Origin: Leptospira biflexa
Lineage (GTDB): Bacteria > Spirochaetota > DYNZ01
Direction of reading: 5' to 3'
DNA length: 64,000 bases
Assembly: GCA_020720805.1 (NCBI GenBank)
Contig: DYNZ01000004.1
Span: 19,103-83,102, forward strand
In this document: one piece after another, positions 37,707 to 48,753 of the stretch
Numbering within the stretch: position 1 is the first letter of the stretch
How the letters are laid out: each line of letters starts with the position of its first letter
The notes under the pieces: generated by a model
The model's input: only the letters and a program-made list of their open reading frames with translations
The model's database searches: none
Told to the model about the DNA's origin: nothing
Translations under genes and position numbers: made by a program

Positions 37707-40373
37707 ATGAATTCATCAGAAATCAGAAAATCTTTTATCGATTATTTTGTTTCGAAGCAGCATACGTATGTTCCATCAGCGCCCGTAGTGCCTGCTGATG
37801 ATCCTACGATCATGTTTACCAATGCTGGAATGAATCAATTTAAGGATCTCTTCCTGGGTACAGGTGATCGAACCTACACGCGTGCTGCAAATTCTCAAAA
37901 ATGTATTCGGGTTAGCGGTAAGCACAATGACCTGGAGGAGGTAGGATTTGATACCTACCACCATACCTTTTTTGAAATGCTCGGTAACTGGTCTTTTGGT
38001 GATTATTACAAGAAGGAAGCCATCGTCTGGGCTTGGGAACTTTTAACTGACGTCTGGAAGTTGCCCCAGGACAAATTGTATGCAACAGTATTTCGGGATG
38101 ATGATGAGGCAGAAGAGCTGTGGAAGCAGCATACCTTTATCTGTCCGGATCAGGTTCTTCGATTTGGCGAAAAAGAAAATTTTTGGGAAATGGGCGACAC
38201 CGGTCCCTGTGGTCCTTGTTCGGAAATCCACATGGATCTTGGCGAGGAGGCGTGCGATAAACAGCATGTACCTGGTCATGAGTGCAGGGTGAATGGAGAT
38301 TGTGGACGGTTTATTGAAATCTGGAACCTTGTTTTTATTCAATTCAACCGTAAGCCAGATGGCTCCCTGGAGGAGTTGAAAAGCAAGCATGTGGATACAG
38401 GTATGGGATTTGAGCGCATTACCGCCATCATGCAGCAAAAAACCTCAAATTACGATACAGATATTTTCCAGCCTATTATTAAAGCGACGGAGGCTCTTTG
38501 TACTGCCTCCTATAAAGAGAATCCTGTCCCCTTCCGTGTCATCGCGGATCATATCCGTACTTTGAGCTTTGCCATCGCCGATGGGGTTGTTCCTTCCAAT
38601 GAAGGACGTGGATATGTCATTCGCCGTATTTTACGGCGTGCTTCGAGGTATGGCCGGAATATAGGTTTTCTTAAGCCCTTTCTCGGCCAGCTATCTAAGG
38701 TTGTTGTCGAGACAATGGGGGATATTTTTCCCGAATTAAAAGAGAAAGAGAAGTATATCCAGGAAGTTCTCAAATCAGAGGAGAGTAATTTTTTACAGAC
38801 TCTGGAACAGGGGATTCAGCGTTTTGAACAACTAGTATCTCAGGATACCATCCAGGCTTCCAAGGTGATCCCTGGTGAAGAGGCTTTTCGTTTGTACGAT
38901 ACCTATGGATTTCCATTTGATTTGACCTCCCTCATGGCTCGTGAACGAGGTTTTATCGTTGATGAGGCAGCATTTCAAAAATCACTGGAAGAACAGAGAG
39001 AACGGGCCAGGGCTCATGCCAAGAGAGACGATCTCCTGCTAAAATATGTTCAGCAAAACTCTTCTTCTTTCGCGAAAACCAAATTTGTCGGATACGATAC
39101 GGAGGAGATACGCGCCAGGTTACTTCTAGTGCTGGAACAGAAGGTGGACGCTCTTTCCGAACAAAAAATGGTATCCGGTGGCCAGAATGATTCAGAAAAA
39201 AGATGGGCTGTTTTTGAACAGTCTCCCTGTTATGGTGAGGGAGGTGGACAGGTCGGTGATCATGGGGTTATTTTTGACTTAACTCATCAACCTGTTGCAA
39301 ACATTCTCGACACCCAGAAAAGGGAGGAGAGGTTTTTTCATCTGATTCAATTGATAGGAAATGGTTCCTTGCAATCAGGCCAAGAATATTTCATACAAAT
39401 AGATCGTCATCGTAGACGTGGTGTTATGGCAAATCATACTGCTACCCACGCATTGCAGAAAGCGCTTCGTCTCACCCTGGGTGATCATGTAGGCCAGGCA
39501 GGAAGTTTAGTACATCCTGATAGGCTTCGCTTTGATTTTACACACCATAAGCCCTTATCCGTAGAGGAGCTGAGTAAAATTGAAGAGCTTGTCAATGGAA
39601 TGATACAAAGCTATTTACCAGTTTCGATCCAACATACCAATATGGAAAAAGCCAAAGAGATGGGCGCCATGGCTTTTTTTGGTGAAAAGTATGGCGAGGA
39701 GGTTCGCGTAATTCAATTTGGCGATAGTATAGAGCTTTGTGGCGGAACTCATGTACGCAATACAGCCGATATACTTATATTTAAGATCTTAAAAGAGAGT
39801 TCACCGGGAGCAGGAATTCGTCGAATAGAAGCGGCTGCTGGTTACCAGGCCGCTAATTTACTTCTTGAGCAGAGTAGAATTTTAGAGAAAGTGGTCAAAT
39901 CTATGGGAGTGAGCGCTGTTCAACTTCCTGAGACAATACAGATTTTGCAGGAAAAAGCCAAACAACAGCGAAAAACTGACTCTAGCGCAACAACTGAAGC
40001 GCTTAATATCAAAGAGATTTTGGAGCAATATACAAAAATCAACCACTTTGAAGTCCTCTCTTTTATTTTTCCAGAAAACACAGATATGGAAATCTTGCGA
40101 CAAACAGCAGACCGGTTCCGAGATAAAGATGTAAATAGAGTAGCGTTATTGGCAACTCATAATAGTGACAAAGCAATACTGCTTTTTGCATGCAGTAAAG
40201 AGCTGGTTACCCAGAATATGGATTGTAATCAATTGATGAAAGTCGCATCACCGTTTATTCAAGGCGGAGGTGGCGGACGTCCTGATTTTGTGCAGGCTGG
40301 CGGAAAACGCAAGGAGGGATTGTCCGAATCTCTTCATGCCGCTCAAGATTTTATCTCAAAGATGAAAGGATGA
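37707..40373 (+). CDS. alaS: Alanine--tRNA ligase.
   Basis: N-terminal class II catalytic domain, editing domain with HTATH and CGGTH motifs, C-terminal DHHA1-like domain. 888 aa. Confidence 0.95.
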   Translation: MNSSEIRKSFIDYFVSKQHTYVPSAPVVPADDPTIMFTNAGMNQFKDLFLGTGDRTYTRAANSQKCIRVSGKHNDLEEVGFDTYHHTFFEMLGNWSFGDYYKKEAIVWAWELLTDVWKLPQDKLYATVFRDDDEAEELWKQHTFICPDQVLRFGEKENFWEMGDTGPCGPCSEIHMDLGEEACDKQHVPGHECRVNGDCGRFIEIWNLVFIQFNRKPDGSLEELKSKHVDTGMGFERITAIMQQKTSNYDTDIFQPIIKATEALCTASYKENPVPFRVIADHIRTLSFAIADGVVPSNEGRGYVIRRILRRASRYGRNIGFLKPFLGQLSKVVVETMGDIFPELKEKEKYIQEVLKSEESNFLQTLEQGIQRFEQLVSQDTIQASKVIPGEEAFRLYDTYGFPFDLTSLMARERGFIVDEAAFQKSLEEQRERARAHAKRDDLLLKYVQQNSSSFAKTKFVGYDTEEIRARLLLVLEQKVDALSEQKMVSGGQNDSEKRWAVFEQSPCYGEGGGQVGDHGVIFDLTHQPVANILDTQKREERFFHLIQLIGNGSLQSGQEYFIQIDRHRRRGVMANHTATHALQKALRLTLGDHVGQAGSLVHPDRLRFDFTHHKPLSVEELSKIEELVNGMIQSYLPVSIQHTNMEKAKEMGAMAFFGEKYGEEVRVIQFGDSIELCGGTHVRNTADILIFKILKESSPGAGIRRIEAAAGYQAANLLLEQSRILEKVVKSMGVSAVQLPETIQILQEKAKQQRKTDSSATTEALNIKEILEQYTKINHFEVLSFIFPENTDMEILRQTADRFRDKDVNRVALLATHNSDKAILLFACSKELVTQNMDCNQLMKVASPFIQGGGGGRPDFVQAGGKRKEGLSESLHAAQDFISKMKG

Positions 40374-40382
40374 ACTAGATTT

Positions 40383-40877
40383 ATGTCTGTAACTTCTTTT
40401 TCCTTTGATGTTGTTTCTAAAGTGGATTTACAGGAGCTTGACAATGCAATCAATCAGGCGAATAAAGAAATTTCACAGCGTTATGATTTTAAAGGCTCCG
40501 TTTCTCAGATCGAATTAAAAGAGGAGCAGTTGATTTTATTGTCTGATGATGAGATGAGACTAAGAGCGGTTATCGATGTATTACAGAGTAAATTGATCAA
40601 ACGTCAGATTAGCCTGAAAGCTCTTTCGTATGGAAAAATTGAGCCAGCTGCAAAGGGTACTGTCAGGCAAACAGTGGACATCAAACAGGGAATCGATAAG
40701 GAGGCGGCTAAAATCATCAATAATATGATCAAAGATTCAAAAATAAAAGTAAATAGTCAGATTCAAGGCGAACAGTTGCGGGTGACGGGGAAATCAAAAG
40801 ATGACCTTCAAACTGTTATTCAAATGCTCAAATCTGCTGACCTGGAAATAGAGTTGCAATTTGTGAACTTTCGATAA
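40383..40877 (+). CDS. yajQ: YajQ family nucleotide-binding protein (UPF0234).
   Basis: 164 aa. [19 protein letters not shown] and [24 protein letters not shown] match the YajQ family along the full length. Confidence 0.85.
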   Translation: MSVTSFSFDVVSKVDLQELDNAINQANKEISQRYDFKGSVSQIELKEEQLILLSDDEMRLRAVIDVLQSKLIKRQISLKALSYGKIEPAAKGTVRQTVDIKQGIDKEAAKIINNMIKDSKIKVNSQIQGEQLRVTGKSKDDLQTVIQMLKSADLEIELQFVNFR

Positions 40878-40891
40878 ACCGATCGAAATCC

Positions 40892-41575
40892 TTATCTCAA
40901 ATAGAGATTCCCGAAATAATACCATACCCATCCAAAATAGAGGATGCCTGCCGCAGTTAACCAGGAGAAATTCTGCTCAAAGAATCTTTTTAGTCTTTGT
41001 GCCAGTCTGTGAAGCAGCTGGAGGATTAGGAAAAAGATCAGTATCTTTGCAACGATGAATCCTCCTAAAAAAGCAAAGAGAGCTGATTCGACCTGCACTG
41101 ATTGGATAAAGTCTGGTGTAAAATGCCAGAGTTGACCTAATGTGTAGAACAGCAACGGTTCCGGTAGTGGTAGCAGAAGGAAAGCTATGAAAACTGAGGG
41201 GGTATTGTAAGATAGGAAATAGCTAAGGCTATTTGTTGCGTTTGCAGTGTAACCGGAAAAAATAAGAGGCAATCGCAAATCCAGAAAGCCAATGAGACTG
41301 AATATGGCTCCGCTTGTGACCATTAGCACCGATAGAAAAATCAACATTTTTCCTGTTTTTTGTAATTGGACAAAGACAAGGGGGGCTAGCAGGAATACCA
41401 GCGGTAAGGGTATTGCAAAAAAGTGCAGAAGGATCAAGGCCCAGAGAAACCAACGAAATCCTTTTTTTTTGGTCCATTTTAAAATTAAATGAAAGAAATG
41501 TCCAAACCAGTCTTTGTACGTGGGTATGACATAGATTTTTTCATCGTCAGTATTCTCTGGCAACCATGGCTTCAT
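40892..41575 (-). CDS. Hypothetical polytopic membrane protein.
   Basis: 227 aa with 5-6 hydrophobic segments. It is the last gene of the - strand trmH-family/DUF503/oxidoreductase/tmk operon. Confidence 0.5.
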   Translation of the reverse strand: MKPWLPENTDDEKIYVIPTYKDWFGHFFHLILKWTKKKGFRWFLWALILLHFFAIPLPLVFLLAPLVFVQLQKTGKMLIFLSVLMVTSGAIFSLIGFLDLRLPLIFSGYTANATNSLSYFLSYNTPSVFIAFLLLPLPEPLLFYTLGQLWHFTPDFIQSVQVESALFAFLGGFIVAKILIFFLILQLLHRLAQRLKRFFEQNFSWLTAAGILYFGWVWYYFGNLYLR

Positions 41576-41595
41576 GTTGCTCTCTCCATTTTCTG

Positions 41596-42243
41596 TTATT
41601 GCGTTTTCAGTAATGCTGTCATTTTTTCTTGTAATTGTTCAAATATCATATGTTGTGGTGCGTTTGCGTTGATTATTTCAATATTCTTATCCCATTTAAT
41701 AAGGTTTAGATAGATTTTTCGTGCATCTGTTAAAAATGATATCTTTTCAAAATAGGTTATAGCATGTCCCCTCTGAGAGATTCGTTCCAATGCTTGTTCC
41801 TCTGGCAGATCGAAGAGAAAAGTTTTTTCTGGAAACGGAAACTGCCTTTTAATATTTTCATTTAATACATAGGCTGCTCCCAGGCGTACTCCTTGATAAA
41901 CTGCATTGGAGTAAATATACCGATCCATTAAAATAATCTTTCCTGCCTCAATTGCCGGATTGATATTTTGAACTACATCCTCTGATCTATCTAAAAGGAT
42001 CATATTCAACTCTTCTTCTGCTGTCAATTGTTTATCATCCATGAATTTTTCACGGAGAATTTTTCCTGTGCCATCCAATTTTGGTTCTATCAGGCATGTA
42101 TGCAGAAGCTTTTTGGATTGAAACCAAGCGCATAATTTTTGAAACTGTGTGCTTTTGCCGCTTCCGTCAATGCCTTCCAATACAAAAAAACCTCGTTTTC
42201 GGAGATTTTCCGGAAAAGGTATGGATATCATCTCATGGTTCAT
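41596..42243 (-). CDS. tmk: Thymidylate kinase.
   Basis: P-loop FFVLEGIDGSGKSTQ and DRY motif. Confidence 0.85.
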   Translation of the reverse strand: MNHEMISIPFPENLRKRGFFVLEGIDGSGKSTQFQKLCAWFQSKKLLHTCLIEPKLDGTGKILREKFMDDKQLTAEEELNMILLDRSEDVVQNINPAIEAGKIILMDRYIYSNAVYQGVRLGAAYVLNENIKRQFPFPEKTFLFDLPEEQALERISQRGHAITYFEKISFLTDARKIYLNLIKWDKNIEIINANAPQHMIFEQLQEKMTALLKTQ

Positions 42244-43301
42244 AGCTGAATTGTCCTTCCTTTTTGGGATGCTGATTTGTAAATTGCATCCATCAGAACC
42301 ATTCCCGGATAGGCATGTTTTAATTCAGACTGAAAAATAAATTTTTTCCCTTTACCAGAATGAAAAAAAGCTTGAACCTCTTGATATAGAGCCAAAAAAG
42401 GAGCAAGATTGTGATTTGTTCTGTAATTTTGATCCTGCATTAAGCTGTGAAATCCCTGGTAGTAAGGAGAGTCCTGTGCCAGATATAGCTTTTCATATCC
42501 ATTACCGATCGTAAATCGGCCATGCGATCCCCAGATATCCAATTCAAAATGAAAATAATCCATGATTCCAGAAAATTCAAGGTGTACAGATACACCATTT
42601 TCGTCCATAAGATTGGCCGTGATCCATTTTTCTGTTCCCGAGATAGGTGTTTCATGGAATTCTCCCCAGGCTCTTACCTGGGTAATGCGTGGCAGAATAC
42701 GAGTAACAAGGTCAATCAGGTGCGTACCGTCATGTAAAAGAATGCCTCCATGCTTGTTACTTCGCTCCAAGGTTTTCGCACTATTCTTTCCGCTATTGCT
42801 GTACACATATCCATTGATCGATCGAATGGTACCAATTTTTTTTCCTTCAATCATGCGAAACAGACTACGGTAGCGTGGGCTGTATCTCCGCTCATGGTTG
42901 ACCAGAATTCTTGAAGGAGAGGTATGTAGCTGGCTTATTATTTTTTTTGTTTGGGCCAGAGTCATGGTAACAGGTTTTTCACAGACAATCACAGGAATTT
43001 TCGCAGTAATGGCAGTGGATAAAATTTTATAATGACTCTCAGTCCAAGTCGCAATGATGAGCAGGTCAGGATGGTTGTTCTTTAAGAGTTTTTTGACGTC
43101 AGGATATAGTTGAGCCTCTTTAAGGGGAAATTGGCGGGCGAATTCCTCCAAATTGGTAGCATTGATATCACAAGCTGATGTTATCCGGAAATCTGGGATC
43201 ATTTGCAGAGCCCCTGCATGCGTGCAGGGTTTTTGACGTTTAGGATCTTGTTCCAGTTTCCAGGCTATCCGTCCGCATCCGATAATTGCAGTTTCGATCA
43301 T
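42240..43301 (-). CDS. Gfo/Idh/MocA family NAD(P)-dependent oxidoreductase.
   Basis: N-terminal Rossmann fold AIIGCGRIA. 353 aa. 4-nt overlaps with both flanking genes. Confidence 0.8.
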   Translation of the reverse strand: MIETAIIGCGRIAWKLEQDPKRQKPCTHAGALQMIPDFRITSACDINATNLEEFARQFPLKEAQLYPDVKKLLKNNHPDLLIIATWTESHYKILSTAITAKIPVIVCEKPVTMTLAQTKKIISQLHTSPSRILVNHERRYSPRYRSLFRMIEGKKIGTIRSINGYVYSNSGKNSAKTLERSNKHGGILLHDGTHLIDLVTRILPRITQVRAWGEFHETPISGTEKWITANLMDENGVSVHLEFSGIMDYFHFELDIWGSHGRFTIGNGYEKLYLAQDSPYYQGFHSLMQDQNYRTNHNLAPFLALYQEVQAFFHSGKGKKFIFQSELKHAYPGMVLMDAIYKSASQKGRTIQL

Positions 43302-43612
43302 AGGTTTTCATCCATCTGTAACTCTCGTGTATCCCAAAAAATGGATTGCAGTGAGAGGATTTCAAATCCGCCGGCACTTTCAGCGTAATCTTCAAAATAG
43401 GAAACGAGTTTATTTGCTTCGTCTTGATTGTGAACAAGAGATGCGGCTATGATCTGCGTGCGTTGCCATTTGTCCTGAAACCCATCTTCTCGAATCGAGA
43501 TGTGAAATTTTTCCTGAGAGGAGGCTATGATGGATTTAACCCGCTTTCTTTTTTCTTTGAGGGAATGGCATTCAGGCAGGAAAATATCCATCGTGATCAG
43601 GTTAATCAACAT
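43298..43612 (-). CDS. DUF503 family protein (YlxP-like).
   Basis: 104 aa with the DUF503 signature (PECHSLKEKRKRVKSI...FHISIRE...QDKWQRTQI). Confidence 0.7.
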   Translation of the reverse strand: MLINLITMDIFLPECHSLKEKRKRVKSIIASSQEKFHISIREDGFQDKWQRTQIIAASLVHNQDEANKLVSYFEDYAESAGGFEILSLQSIFWDTRELQMDENL

Positions 43613-44432
43613 TACCGGAAGCCTCTATAAAATAGTGCAAAAGAGATAGAAAGGAGGTGGTAGCATGTGCGACATTTAGACTTTGGATCTTATAATCCAT
43701 GGGTAAGCGGATTTTGCGCACCTTCAATTTACGAAATGATTTTCTGATACCCTTTTCTTCATTGCCCATAACCAGTGCGTAACCTCTTGCTCTTAGTGAA
43801 GTGGGTTGCCATCTGAAAATATTTTCTGCGTCGAAATCTGTTACGGTTAATAAAACCGGAATTTCGCTTTCAGATATTTTTTGCAAAAAAGGATGCAGGT
43901 TAGATACAGTAACAAGTTGAATCCATGAAAATGCGCCTGCGCTAATGCGGTGCACAGCCGGAGTTATACTGCAACTGCCGTCCTGCCCCTGGACGATAAA
44001 ATCTACCCCCAGCGCTGCAGCATTACGGCATATAGCTGAAAAGTTTTGAATATCTGTGATATGGTCTAAAATCAGAATCCTGGCATCGCTGGTGAATAAA
44101 TCCCAAAATTTTTTCTCCGAAAGAGAATGGAGCACTGGGTAATCGGTAAAAAGGATAACTCCTTGGTTGCTGTGTGGCTCTGTAATTTTATTCAGGTAAG
44201 AGGCATGCTGAATATCTATCTCAAGGGAAAATTCTTTTATTAATTCTTGCGCTTCTACGGGCATTCGATCCGCTGTGCTTTCACTCCCTTTAGAACGTAA
44301 AAAATGAAAGGAGGCGAGAACTTTGTTAAAGAGAACCGAATCTTTGTGCTGGATACTTCGTAAAGCACGGATATACTCTTTGACCGGGTGCTGGCCATAT
44401 ATAGGGAATTGGTTGTTTTTTTGCTCGGGCAT
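43602..44432 (-). CDS. TrmH/SpoU family RNA 2'-O-methyltransferase (RlmB-like).
   Basis: SPOUT C-terminal motifs (ALVMGNEEKGI, IPM....SLNVA). Confidence 0.8.
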   Translation of the reverse strand: MPEQKNNQFPIYGQHPVKEYIRALRSIQHKDSVLFNKVLASFHFLRSKGSESTADRMPVEAQELIKEFSLEIDIQHASYLNKITEPHSNQGVILFTDYPVLHSLSEKKFWDLFTSDARILILDHITDIQNFSAICRNAAALGVDFIVQGQDGSCSITPAVHRISAGAFSWIQLVTVSNLHPFLQKISESEIPVLLTVTDFDAENIFRWQPTSLRARGYALVMGNEEKGIRKSFRKLKVRKIRLPMDYKIQSLNVAHATTSFLSLLHYFIEASGNVD

Positions 44433-44549
44433 CGATACTTTGATCTTTCCTCGATTGTTTCATAAAAATTTGGCAAGGCATCAAGAAGAGATCAAGAAAC
44501 AACGGGAAGAAAAATCAAGCATAATATCTTGGAAATGTTTGGAGCAAAA

Positions 44550-45914
44550 ATGGCAAAGATAAAGAGTGTTTTCAAGTGCATGAATTGTGGCTATGAGAGC
44601 ATTAAATGGTTGGGGCGATGTCCTAATTGTGAAGCTTGGAATACCCTTACAGAAAGATTGCCCAAAAATTCGGATGTAGATCGATCTGAAAGGGGAACCC
44701 CTCTGGTGCAACAGTTATACCAAATTTCTTATGAAGAGAAGCAGAGGGTCAGTAGTGGATTTGCAGAACTGGATCGTGTTTTGGGCGGCGGCTTTGTTTT
44801 TGGGTCAACAATTCTCATGGGCGGAGAACCTGGTGCTGGCAAATCAACATTGCTTTTACAGATAGGAATGAATTTAGCACTCCAAGGCAAAAAAGTATTG
44901 TATATGAGCGGGGAAGAGAGCGATAATCAGGTCGCTATGCGCGCGCAACGTATTGGCTCTGGGGAGATACCAGAAAATATACTATTTATATCAAGGGCAG
45001 ATGTTGAATTTGGTACCCAGGTCTGCGTTGACCAGAATATTGATTTTCTCTTTATTGATTCCATACAAACCGCTTTTCTTTCCGCCATACAAACTTCGCC
45101 AGGCAGTATTTTGCAGGTAAGAGAATCAGCCGCATATCTTTGTGATTTTGCCAACAGAAGTGGCATAGTAGTCATTATCGTTGCCCATATTACAAAGGAG
45201 GGTAGTATTGCCGGTCCCAAAATCCTCGAGCATTTAGTGGATAACGTGTTATATTTTGATGGGGAACGATCTGATAATTTGCGAATGATTCGCTCCTATA
45301 AAAATCGATTTGGAAATATCAATGAAATTGCATTATATAAAATGGAAGAGACTGGATTGTTTGAGGTAGATAATCTTCAGGATTTTTTTGTGAAAATGCA
45401 CTATCTGGAAAAAACCAGCGGAAGCACCATTGTACCAACTCGCCAGGGATCTTTAATGGTGCTCATCGAAATTCAAACTTTGGTAAATGAGATTGCCTTT
45501 CAATCACCGCGTAGGGCCTCAGAAGGAATTGATCAGAATAAGTTACATCTATTGGTTGCCGTCTTAGATAAATACTCTGGAATCAATTTACGAAATCATG
45601 ATGTTTTCGTGAAAATGGGTAGTGGTTTTATGCAATATGATACGGCAATGGATTTGGCACTTCTTGCTGCAATATACTCCTCATTGATGCAAAAACCGCT
45701 TCCTGAAAAAACTTTTTTTCTTGGTGAAGTAACACTCGGTGGTATGGTGCGTCCCGTGAAAAATGCTACTGATCGCTTGGAAATTATGAATCAGGTCGGA
45801 TGGCACAAGGGTATTATTTCTGCTCATGATAAAGAAAATGCAGCAAATTTTCAGGGAGATTTACTTTTTGTTGAGAGCCTTGACCAGATGCTGCGCTATC
45901 TTCATGGGAAATAA
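44550..45914 (+). CDS. radA: DNA repair protein RadA/Sms.
   Basis: N-terminal C4 zinc finger (CMNCGY...CPNC), RecA-like Walker A GGEPGAGKST, KNRFG motif, C-terminal Lon-like domain. ATG 44550 (MAKIK...) is preferred over the upstream 44529 start. Confidence 0.9.
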   Translation: MAKIKSVFKCMNCGYESIKWLGRCPNCEAWNTLTERLPKNSDVDRSERGTPLVQQLYQISYEEKQRVSSGFAELDRVLGGGFVFGSTILMGGEPGAGKSTLLLQIGMNLALQGKKVLYMSGEESDNQVAMRAQRIGSGEIPENILFISRADVEFGTQVCVDQNIDFLFIDSIQTAFLSAIQTSPGSILQVRESAAYLCDFANRSGIVVIIVAHITKEGSIAGPKILEHLVDNVLYFDGERSDNLRMIRSYKNRFGNINEIALYKMEETGLFEVDNLQDFFVKMHYLEKTSGSTIVPTRQGSLMVLIEIQTLVNEIAFQSPRRASEGIDQNKLHLLVAVLDKYSGINLRNHDVFVKMGSGFMQYDTAMDLALLAAIYSSLMQKPLPEKTFFLGEVTLGGMVRPVKNATDRLEIMNQVGWHKGIISAHDKENAANFQGDLLFVESLDQMLRYLHGK

Positions 45915-46010
45915 ATAGACTGATTTAATCAGGGATTCCTTAACTTGGCAGAGATGAAAAATAACGTATATTTCCTACTCTTAAAATTTATTTCAGAATC
46001 ATGACTTAAA

Positions 46011-48413
46011 TTAGTCTATCATGTAATTAACATAATTGGCAAATATTTTTTTATAATACTCTCTGGTTTCCAGAAATGGTATTGTTTCCCCTAGTAACAT
46101 GACGTTTTCCGAACTGTAACGTCGTTCCCAAATTATTGCAGTACCTGGTCCAGCATTATAGGCACTGCTAAGCCAGAGAAGATTTCCTCCAAACCGGCGG
46201 TTTTGCTGTCTGATATAATTAGTTGCGGAGAGGATGGAAATTTCTGGATCATTCAGGTTGGGGGGATCAAAGCCGAGTCTTTTTGCGATCGGTTGCCCTG
46301 TTAGGGGCATTAATTGCATCAAACCTATTGCCCCCGCAGAGGACGAGATACGTTCGATAAAGGCTGATTCTGCTTTCATGATCGCCCAAATTAACTCTGG
46401 ATCCACATGAAATCTGGATGAAGCAGATTCTACGATATTTTTATATGGCTTGGCAAAGGCGCTCTGCTTAAGAATTTTTTTCAATGTTCCTGAACATATT
46501 CGATAATTTCCATGGGTTTTGAAAATTTTTAGTGCTTGCAATAAGCTCTGATCGGCATCGGAAAGATGGCTACTCAGGCTCATGAGCAAAAGATGATGCT
46601 GTTCTTTGGAGAGATTTCTTTCTAGGATATCATCGGCTATTTGGTATAATCCAATTTTTGCAAAGATTCCAGCATCAATCGAGGGAGAGTTTTTTCCCTC
46701 AAAGATTTTAGACAAATCGGGCAAAAGAATATCATTTTGGGGGCAATGTTGTTTGTATGAGAATGGGTAGGAAATGATCTCCTGCTGTAACCCTGGCATT
46801 GCAATAGCCCTGTTAACATCATCATTCAGATAGTGGAATAGAGGTTTACTTGCAAGGAGGATGTTGAGTTTTTCCAAATAGCGAACGGTACTATCAGATA
46901 AGGTAAGGTTGCTTTTTTGCAGAATAGGGTTGGTTTTATCTTTTAGCAAGCTTGTAAATTTTTTTCTATTGTTGTTCTGAAGGTAGATTGCAGCCAATAG
47001 TGAATAGTAACTGTAATGATCTCGCTGTAGTAAAGGGTAAAGATAGTAGCTAAGATTTTCGAAACGGTTGGCTCCAAGCGAGATTGCTGACCAGAATAAA
47101 AGTCGTTCTGTTAGCTGATGAGGAGGAATATTTTTCCATAACTCCTTGCTAAAGGAGGCGGCTTTGATCCAATCCTGGTTTTTTATAAAATGAAAAATAT
47201 GGTGCCAATAGACGTTATCAATATATGGACGGCTGCTTCTATCTTTCAGAAATATTTGAAAACTCTCATGGAGGATTGAATTTGAGTTAATCGGTCCGCG
47301 TGAAGCTAATGTGACCAGTAACTGCAATTTTGTGAAAAATTCACCCTTGTAAGAGTGTTTATTGAATAGGGTGAGTATATCGTTTGCTTGTGAATAGAAA
47401 AGTCTATATTTTTTTTTCTGCAATAATCTTCGTTGACTATTGATAAATATTGTTCCGGCTTCTTGCTGATTTTTCTCCCAAATTTTTTCTGCCAATACAG
47501 CTGGCCAAGTTGTGTCGATAAAAAAATTTCTCTGCTCTAAACGGGCTTGCAAAAATAGTATATCCTGGTCTCGAATAGCAATACTATCAAGAATTTGTTT
47601 CGCTTCATTTTTTAATCCTGATTGAAACAAAATAATGGCAGCTTGGCAAAGAATGGATGGCTCCTGGCGAAATTCTTTGGAATTTTTCGCAATTTCACGG
47701 GACGCAATCTTTTTCATCCAGAATGGGTTTTCGCCCTGTAGTATTATTCGGTATTGATCGACTGCTTTTTGAGATTGTCCTTGCTTGTTATAAATTGTGG
47801 CAAGTTTTAGGCGATTCACGGTAAAACGTTCTGCCAGATGATGAAATATCGCCGATGCTTTTTCGTATTGTTTTTCAAAAATTAATTTTTCGCCAGTTAG
47901 ACGCTGAAATTCATTTGATAGAAACGGGTTTTCCACATCAGAAAAAAGATTGATTACAGCCATGCTGCCGTTGTACAAGCCAAAATCCTGAAGAATATCG
48001 CTGATATAGATAGCGGCGTAAGGTGCCAGGGGAGAAAGTGTAGTTGTTCTCATGTATGTTACAATTTCCTGATTTGCGATACGCTTTGGTGTAGAGTCTC
48101 CCTTTTGGGCGGATGCAGATTTCAGAAAAGCGAACAGTGCTTCCTTCTTTTGGTTTTGTTTCCATAAGGCGTAACCTTCCAGAAAGGATAAGGCGTAATG
48201 TTTGGATGACTGTCTTTTTAGGGCTGCGGCAACCGGTATCCACTGCTCCTGCTTTACCCAGGATCTGATTTTCGGGTTTAAATAGATTTTCTGCCACTCT
48301 TGAAAATCGATAGCTTTGATTTCACCTCGCCCTGAACAACTTGCGGATGAAAGGAAGAGCAAAAGCGTTAAAAGCACCATAAAAAAGGTTGATTGTAAGG
48401 TAGTTTGATTCAT
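46011..48413 (-). CDS. Soluble lytic murein transglycosylase (Slt70-like): a superhelical N-terminal domain plus a C-terminal SLT domain.
   Basis: Signal peptide. Long alpha-helical repeat region. C-terminal SLT catalytic motifs ES.F......S.AGA.GLMQLMP and AYNAGPG. 800 aa. Confidence 0.8.
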   Translation of the reverse strand: MNQTTLQSTFFMVLLTLLLFLSSASCSGRGEIKAIDFQEWQKIYLNPKIRSWVKQEQWIPVAAALKRQSSKHYALSFLEGYALWKQNQKKEALFAFLKSASAQKGDSTPKRIANQEIVTYMRTTTLSPLAPYAAIYISDILQDFGLYNGSMAVINLFSDVENPFLSNEFQRLTGEKLIFEKQYEKASAIFHHLAERFTVNRLKLATIYNKQGQSQKAVDQYRIILQGENPFWMKKIASREIAKNSKEFRQEPSILCQAAIILFQSGLKNEAKQILDSIAIRDQDILFLQARLEQRNFFIDTTWPAVLAEKIWEKNQQEAGTIFINSQRRLLQKKKYRLFYSQANDILTLFNKHSYKGEFFTKLQLLVTLASRGPINSNSILHESFQIFLKDRSSRPYIDNVYWHHIFHFIKNQDWIKAASFSKELWKNIPPHQLTERLLFWSAISLGANRFENLSYYLYPLLQRDHYSYYSLLAAIYLQNNNRKKFTSLLKDKTNPILQKSNLTLSDSTVRYLEKLNILLASKPLFHYLNDDVNRAIAMPGLQQEIISYPFSYKQHCPQNDILLPDLSKIFEGKNSPSIDAGIFAKIGLYQIADDILERNLSKEQHHLLLMSLSSHLSDADQSLLQALKIFKTHGNYRICSGTLKKILKQSAFAKPYKNIVESASSRFHVDPELIWAIMKAESAFIERISSSAGAIGLMQLMPLTGQPIAKRLGFDPPNLNDPEISILSATNYIRQQNRRFGGNLLWLSSAYNAGPGTAIIWERRYSSENVMLLGETIPFLETREYYKKIFANYVNYMID

Positions 48414-48753
48414 GAGGCAGTTTACTTTCTATTTTTTAAAAATAGGGCATGGTGAGATCAAAAATTTGGTTATAAATAGGTTTTCATGTTGTAGTGTTTG
48501 CTATTAACAAGAATAAACCGGTTTCCCTTATGGTCATGCTACCCAAATTAACTATTTATATAGCACTTTAGCGCTGCAGGCTTTGGGAGACCAATTTATT
48601 TATGACAATTATGCCAGAAAGAGCGAAGAGCTCTTTCTGGGCCATGTAAATCTAAAACATTTACAAATTTTTATCGTATAATCTTAAAAGAATGAGAGAA
48701 TCATACCGAAAAAAATTTGTTTTTTATTGCCTTTTTCTGTAAATATGGTTTTT

